NCBI GenBank assembly: GCA_046563655.1
Contig: CM102286.1
Location: 13,888,001-13,952,000, forward strand
Direction of reading: 5' to 3'
Origin: Yuukianura sp. NJ FZ-2021
Lineage: Eukaryota
DNA length: 64,000 bases
Numbering within the stretch: position 1 is the stretch's first letter; each line of letters begins with the position of its first letter. The position numbers and the translations under genes were made by a program. Positions 57,619 through 64,000 of the stretch are shown here, piece after piece. Under the pieces are notes generated by a model. The model was not told the origin of the DNA. It was given only the letters and a program-made list of their open reading frames with translations, and searched no databases.

Positions 57619-58338
57619 ATGGGCAATGCACTGGGTATCTACCGTCAAAAGAAACAAAATCCTACAGTGACGGTTACTAAAGACGATAATGACGATAGCA
57701 GTTCTGACGAGTATGAAGAGGCTGAGGCGGAAGAACAGCAAACTACTGCTGTTAGTAGTACTGCACCGAATCCTCTTACGATCGATGAGGATAACAATGC
57801 TGATGTGAACCATGATAATGGAATTGACTTTGAATTAGACCGTCCCAGGAGCCCAAATGGACTTGACGGTTGCTGGGGAACTCCTGAACAACGGTCACCA
57901 GCTCTTTGTCGTTACAAATACGAACAGATTCTGGCTCTGATTGACCCCAGATCTCCGAATCAAGACATTTCACGAACTCCGATTGTTGTAAGTCCTGGTT
58001 CATCTGATCTCACAGTGTTGCGTAATGGACTTTATCACTATCCGTATCACCGTATCCGATTACTTCCTTCTCAGGTTGCTGATGAAGCGAAGAAGAAACC
58101 GGTCAATAACCACTTGCTGAAAGTGAACCAATCAATGAATCAGCTGGATTCTGACGGTGGAAGTCAGTTGACTACTCCGGAGACTACAGTCGGCCTTGCC
58201 TTTGACCCCAGGTCACCAACACATGAATTTGACCGCACTCCAATTGGAATTTTGCAAAAAGAAAGTTATCGTGCCAGAGCAAACAGGTTCGAAGCAAACC
58301 AACATGAACGTCGCTTGCAGCAGCAGCAAGAAAACTAA
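57619..58338 (+). CDS. CDCA3: CDCA3/TOME-1-like protein
   Basis: N-terminal MGN (myristoylation-type) and repeated DPRSP..(I/F).RTPI motifs (IDPRSPNQDISRTPI, FDPRSPTHEFDRTPI). Confidence 0.7.
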   Translation: MGNALGIYRQKKQNPTVTVTKDDNDDSSSDEYEEAEAEEQQTTAVSSTAPNPLTIDEDNNADVNHDNGIDFELDRPRSPNGLDGCWGTPEQRSPALCRYKYEQILALIDPRSPNQDISRTPIVVSPGSSDLTVLRNGLYHYPYHRIRLLPSQVADEAKKKPVNNHLLKVNQSMNQLDSDGGSQLTTPETTVGLAFDPRSPTHEFDRTPIGILQKESYRARANRFEANQHERRLQQQQEN

Positions 58339-58629
58339 AGTGGCCAAAAGCGGTAAAAACCACCCAGTGCTAAATATACTTAGCAATTCGGAAATTCAAG
58401 TAATTAGGATTAGTATGAAATATTTTTGGTCTAATTACTTCTGTTTAGTCTTCCTATTCAAAACGTAAAAGGCTGCTGGTTCCTATAATTATGGTAATTT
58501 TTATGAAACATCACTGTGTTTAATTCAAACTGCTCAACTTTTTACTTTCGTAACACCAATTTTTTAGTACATCACACATCAGACACATTTCCACCATTTT
58601 TGATGAATAAACTTTAGCGCGCGAAAACC

Positions 58630-59848
<1,219 letters not shown>

Positions 59849-60440
59849 TTTCTGGAATTTCAAAAAAAAATATGGGACGTCACGTGTTGAGAATAATGAG
59901 TAATGATTATAGATTTTTTCATCGAAGCGTTATTTTCTTACCGAAATGTTTCAATTGAAATTTCAGGAAATTGAAATCCAGAAATTGACGCAGACAATTC
60001 CGTGACGTGTTGGTGAAAGTACCGGCTAGGTTTCAACTTCCAGAATCCCAGAAGGCGACTGATGTACTCCAGAAGTTAACTTTATGTTTATATCACATCT
60101 AGTCTTTACCATTCTGAATGCAGTTCATGACGTAAGTTAATTTGAGTGTATTTGGTAATCTCTCCGTACATTATCATCTTTTCCAGCCTTTTCTTTTATA
60201 AGTAGTTTAAGCTACTTATTTGTTGGGCCTTGTCTGTCTGTCCGGCCGGCGGCGGCAATTATCACGGAAATCGCTGCACATTTACGGGATTTATTTTCAC
60301 TATTGAACACCTAATGCCCTCTGGCATGTTCGTTCTTGACTATCATCCCGGTGGGTCAAAGGTCAACGTCAATCTGTTTGATCGCCTTAACATAGAAAGT
60401 GACCTCTACAATTATCTTGTTGATGCCAACAAGTTTTATT

Positions 60441-60848
60441 TACTACTCGGCTCTTTAATCTGCCATCCTCTGATGCCCGTTATTTTCGCAAAAAGTGCAA
60501 AATAAACAAAGAATCTCCCTTGGTTTCCCAAATTTCAAAAAGGGTTAAAATTACACCGGAGTTACCCGATGTAACCACCTCCGCAATTACATTTATTTAT
60601 CTTTATTTTAATTTTATTTCTGGAATTCAAATAATAATGAAAATAATAACTAATTCCTTGGAACCTTGGAAGTAAAATTTAAATAAAGATAAATAAATGT
60701 AATTGCGGAGGTGGTTACATCGGGTAACTCCGGTGTAATTTTAACCCTTTTTGAAATTTGGGAAACCAAGGGAGATTCTTTGTTTATTTTGCACTTTTTG
60801 CGAAAATAACGGGCATCAGAGGATGGCAGATTAAAGAGCCGATTAGTA
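60441..60848. mobile_element. Long foldback MITE: about 180-bp near-perfect inverted arms with about 48-bp spacer, TA-flanked
   Basis: TACTACTCGGCTCTTTAATCTGCCATCCTCTGATGCCCG... pairs with ...CGGGCATCAGAGGATGGCAGATTAAAGAGCCGATTAGTA. Confidence 0.9.
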
Positions 60849-61245
60849 TATCACATGACCCCAAGTGACATCCTCCCGGGTCAAATGTCAACTTTTTTTT
60901 AAAATTTGACCGATCATAATCATAAGTGCGTTATACTTCACCATGGTTGGTCCGAAGCCGATTGATAATTCAGCGCAACTTTTCGCTAGTTTCGTACGAC
61001 CAGATTTGTTTATAAACCATTGAAGTGGAAGAATTGGGAATTGGCTAATGGTGTGATGTGGTCTAATTACATTTTTACACAAAAATTAACTTCACAATTG
61101 ACTCAATGTGGACAACGGACGTCATAAATATAACACTGAATTAATTAACACCCTTAATTTAATTTAAAGTATAATGCAGATCTGCATTTTGCTTAAGAAA
61201 ATCCACTAATTAGCGAATTTTTTCCACTTTCTTTTGTATTTAATT

Positions 61246-62480
61246 TTAAAATTCAGGATCCGCAACATGGACGATTGCTCTTCCCAAATGTTTTCCTTCA
61301 AACAATCCAACGAAAGTTTCCGGCAAATTTTGAATTCCTTCGACAATGTTTTCCTTGTACTTTAGTTTTCCTTGTTCAAAAAGTTTTGTAAAAACTTTTA
61401 AGCAATCAGGGCCATACTTGTCAATATGATCAGTGGCCAGGAATCCCTCCATTTTGATACTTTTCGTAAGCAGATGAAAAATGGAGTAGTTTCCTTCAGG
61501 ATTCCCCATGCGATTGTACTGTTCAAAAAAAAAAATGAAAAATAATTTTTTTTTTTTTGAAAAATTCTTTTCCAAATTCAACAGAAAGATGTCGCAACGC
61601 ATTACCTGAGAAATCAATCCGCAGACGGCAATACGGGCATTGTTGTTGGCGTTGTTCAGAACAGCATCCAGCATTTTCCCGCCAACATTTTCAAAGTAAA
61701 CGTCGATGCCATTGGGGCAAGTTTGTTTCAAGATGGCGTTGAAGTCGTCGTGTTTCCTGTAGTTAAAGACAGCATTGAATCCAAGTTCCTTGAGATACTG
61801 GATTTTCTTGTCATCTCCAGCTGATCCAACCACACGAAGTCCAAGTGCCTTCGCATACTGCCCAACTACTTGCCCAACAGCTCCAGCAGCAGCTGATACA
61901 TAAAGTGTCTGACCAGGAGTCAGCGGTTCACAGATCTTGTGAAGGCCGATGTAAGCTATAAACAACAACTTAATTTTCAAAAATTTCATTTTTAACATCA
62001 TTCTCATATTTTTTTGTTTCAAGTTTACCTGTGAGTCCTGGAATGCCGAAGAGACCAAGGTGATATGACAGTGGAACTTTCAAGTTGTGGACATCCGGAA
62101 TCTTACGAATATCTCCGAAGTATTCGACAGCGTCTGGGTTCACGGCGGAGTACTCGGCCCAGTTTGCCATGGTAATGATAACATCTCCAATGGCATATGC
62201 TGGATTGTTTGTCTTGACAACTTGGGCAATTACACGGCCTGAAACTGCCTGGCCAACTAAAAGTGCTGGATAAATGGCTTTGATTGACGGGTGACGCAGT
62301 CGACCTCGAATGTAGGGATCAACTCACGTAAAGCGTTTTGACCAGGATCTCATTGTGCCCCAATTCGGTTTTGTCTAGGTCAATCGTCTCGTTGCGAACT
62401 TCGAAATGCTCAGTTGAATCTGGAACTCCGTCTGGAATTTGTTTGAAAATGACTTGCGTGTTGCTTTTCAACGACGTCAT
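61246..62480 (-). pseudogene. Alkenal reductase copy B with a 2-nt deletion and premature stop in exon 1 (pseudogene or assembly error)
   Basis: Reads TAC GTG AGT TGA where copy A encodes YVSVDPY; the remainder is intact and colinear. Confidence 0.75.
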
Positions 62481-63092
62481 TTTCAAATTTCGCAATTAGA
62501 AAAAACTGAAAAAACAAGCAAAAACTTTTTGCTAAAAAAGTGGTCGTTTTGGAAATAATTGATGAAGCGTCTTTGATGTTCTCTTTCTCTCAACTTTTTA
62601 AAATTGTTTCCACAGTAGGAAAAGTTGTAATGTATAATTGTAGGAAAAGTATGAAAAAAGCTTTGTGTTTTAAATTTGGTTTTTCAAAATAGGTTAAATT
62701 CCCCGTGGCTAAGAACTTGTTTCAAAAATGTATTCGGCACCAACCGGGCCGGCTAATTCTTTTATTTCATATGTGTCAAAAATGGGTTTTCAAAATTTTG
62801 AGAAATGGATTTTAAAACGTGGGTTGAGTATTGTGTGGGAACTAATATTTCCCTAACGTTAAATTCTTTCCTTCCATCATTTGTACAAATGCTGTCGGCT
62901 GCTTTTCAATTCCATTCCGAATTCATAATGCCATCTTTGTACTAATGTCTAATGGTAGAACAAAGGAGTAAAGAGGGCATAGAGCTAGGTTATGTTTAAA
63001 TCAAACTACTTTTGTTTCACATATTAATCATAGTTCTTGTTTATTTTTTGTATTCCAAAAGTTGTTTTTCCATTTTCCAGTGCGGCAATTTT

Positions 63093-64000
<908 letters not shown>

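Overview
AT-rich, gene-dense eukaryotic (animal) genomic DNA with short GT-AG introns, many about 60-80 bp. The gene set and architecture suggest an arthropod, plausibly a springtail-like soil hexapod (inference). About 24 protein-coding loci are visible: the 3' part of a CLCA-like gene, ubiquilin, a ZIP transporter, SLC35E2, PAQR4, ISCA2, an atypical PEF-less calpain, SMC5, four tandem nuclear leucine-rich-repeat paralogues, several secreted low-complexity proteins, a stand-alone subtilisin-propeptide-like protein, a secreted intronless nicotinamidase, NEPRO/RMP64-like, CDCA3-like, and three tandem NADPH-dependent alkenal reductases. The most notable observation is the four-gene LRR array lying head-to-head with SMC5; its proteins carry repeated SUMO-interacting-like motifs, C-terminal psi-K-x-E sites and NLSs but no recognisable F-box. 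Also notable are a 310-bp loop-less palindrome with Polinton/Maverick-type ends (AG...CT, 6-bp TSD), exon-restricted homogenisation in the reductase cluster, three HGT-like enzyme or inhibitor loci, and three frameshifts that may be real or assembly errors. No tRNA, rRNA or CRISPR was seen. Exon coordinates were read by eye and may be off by a few bases.
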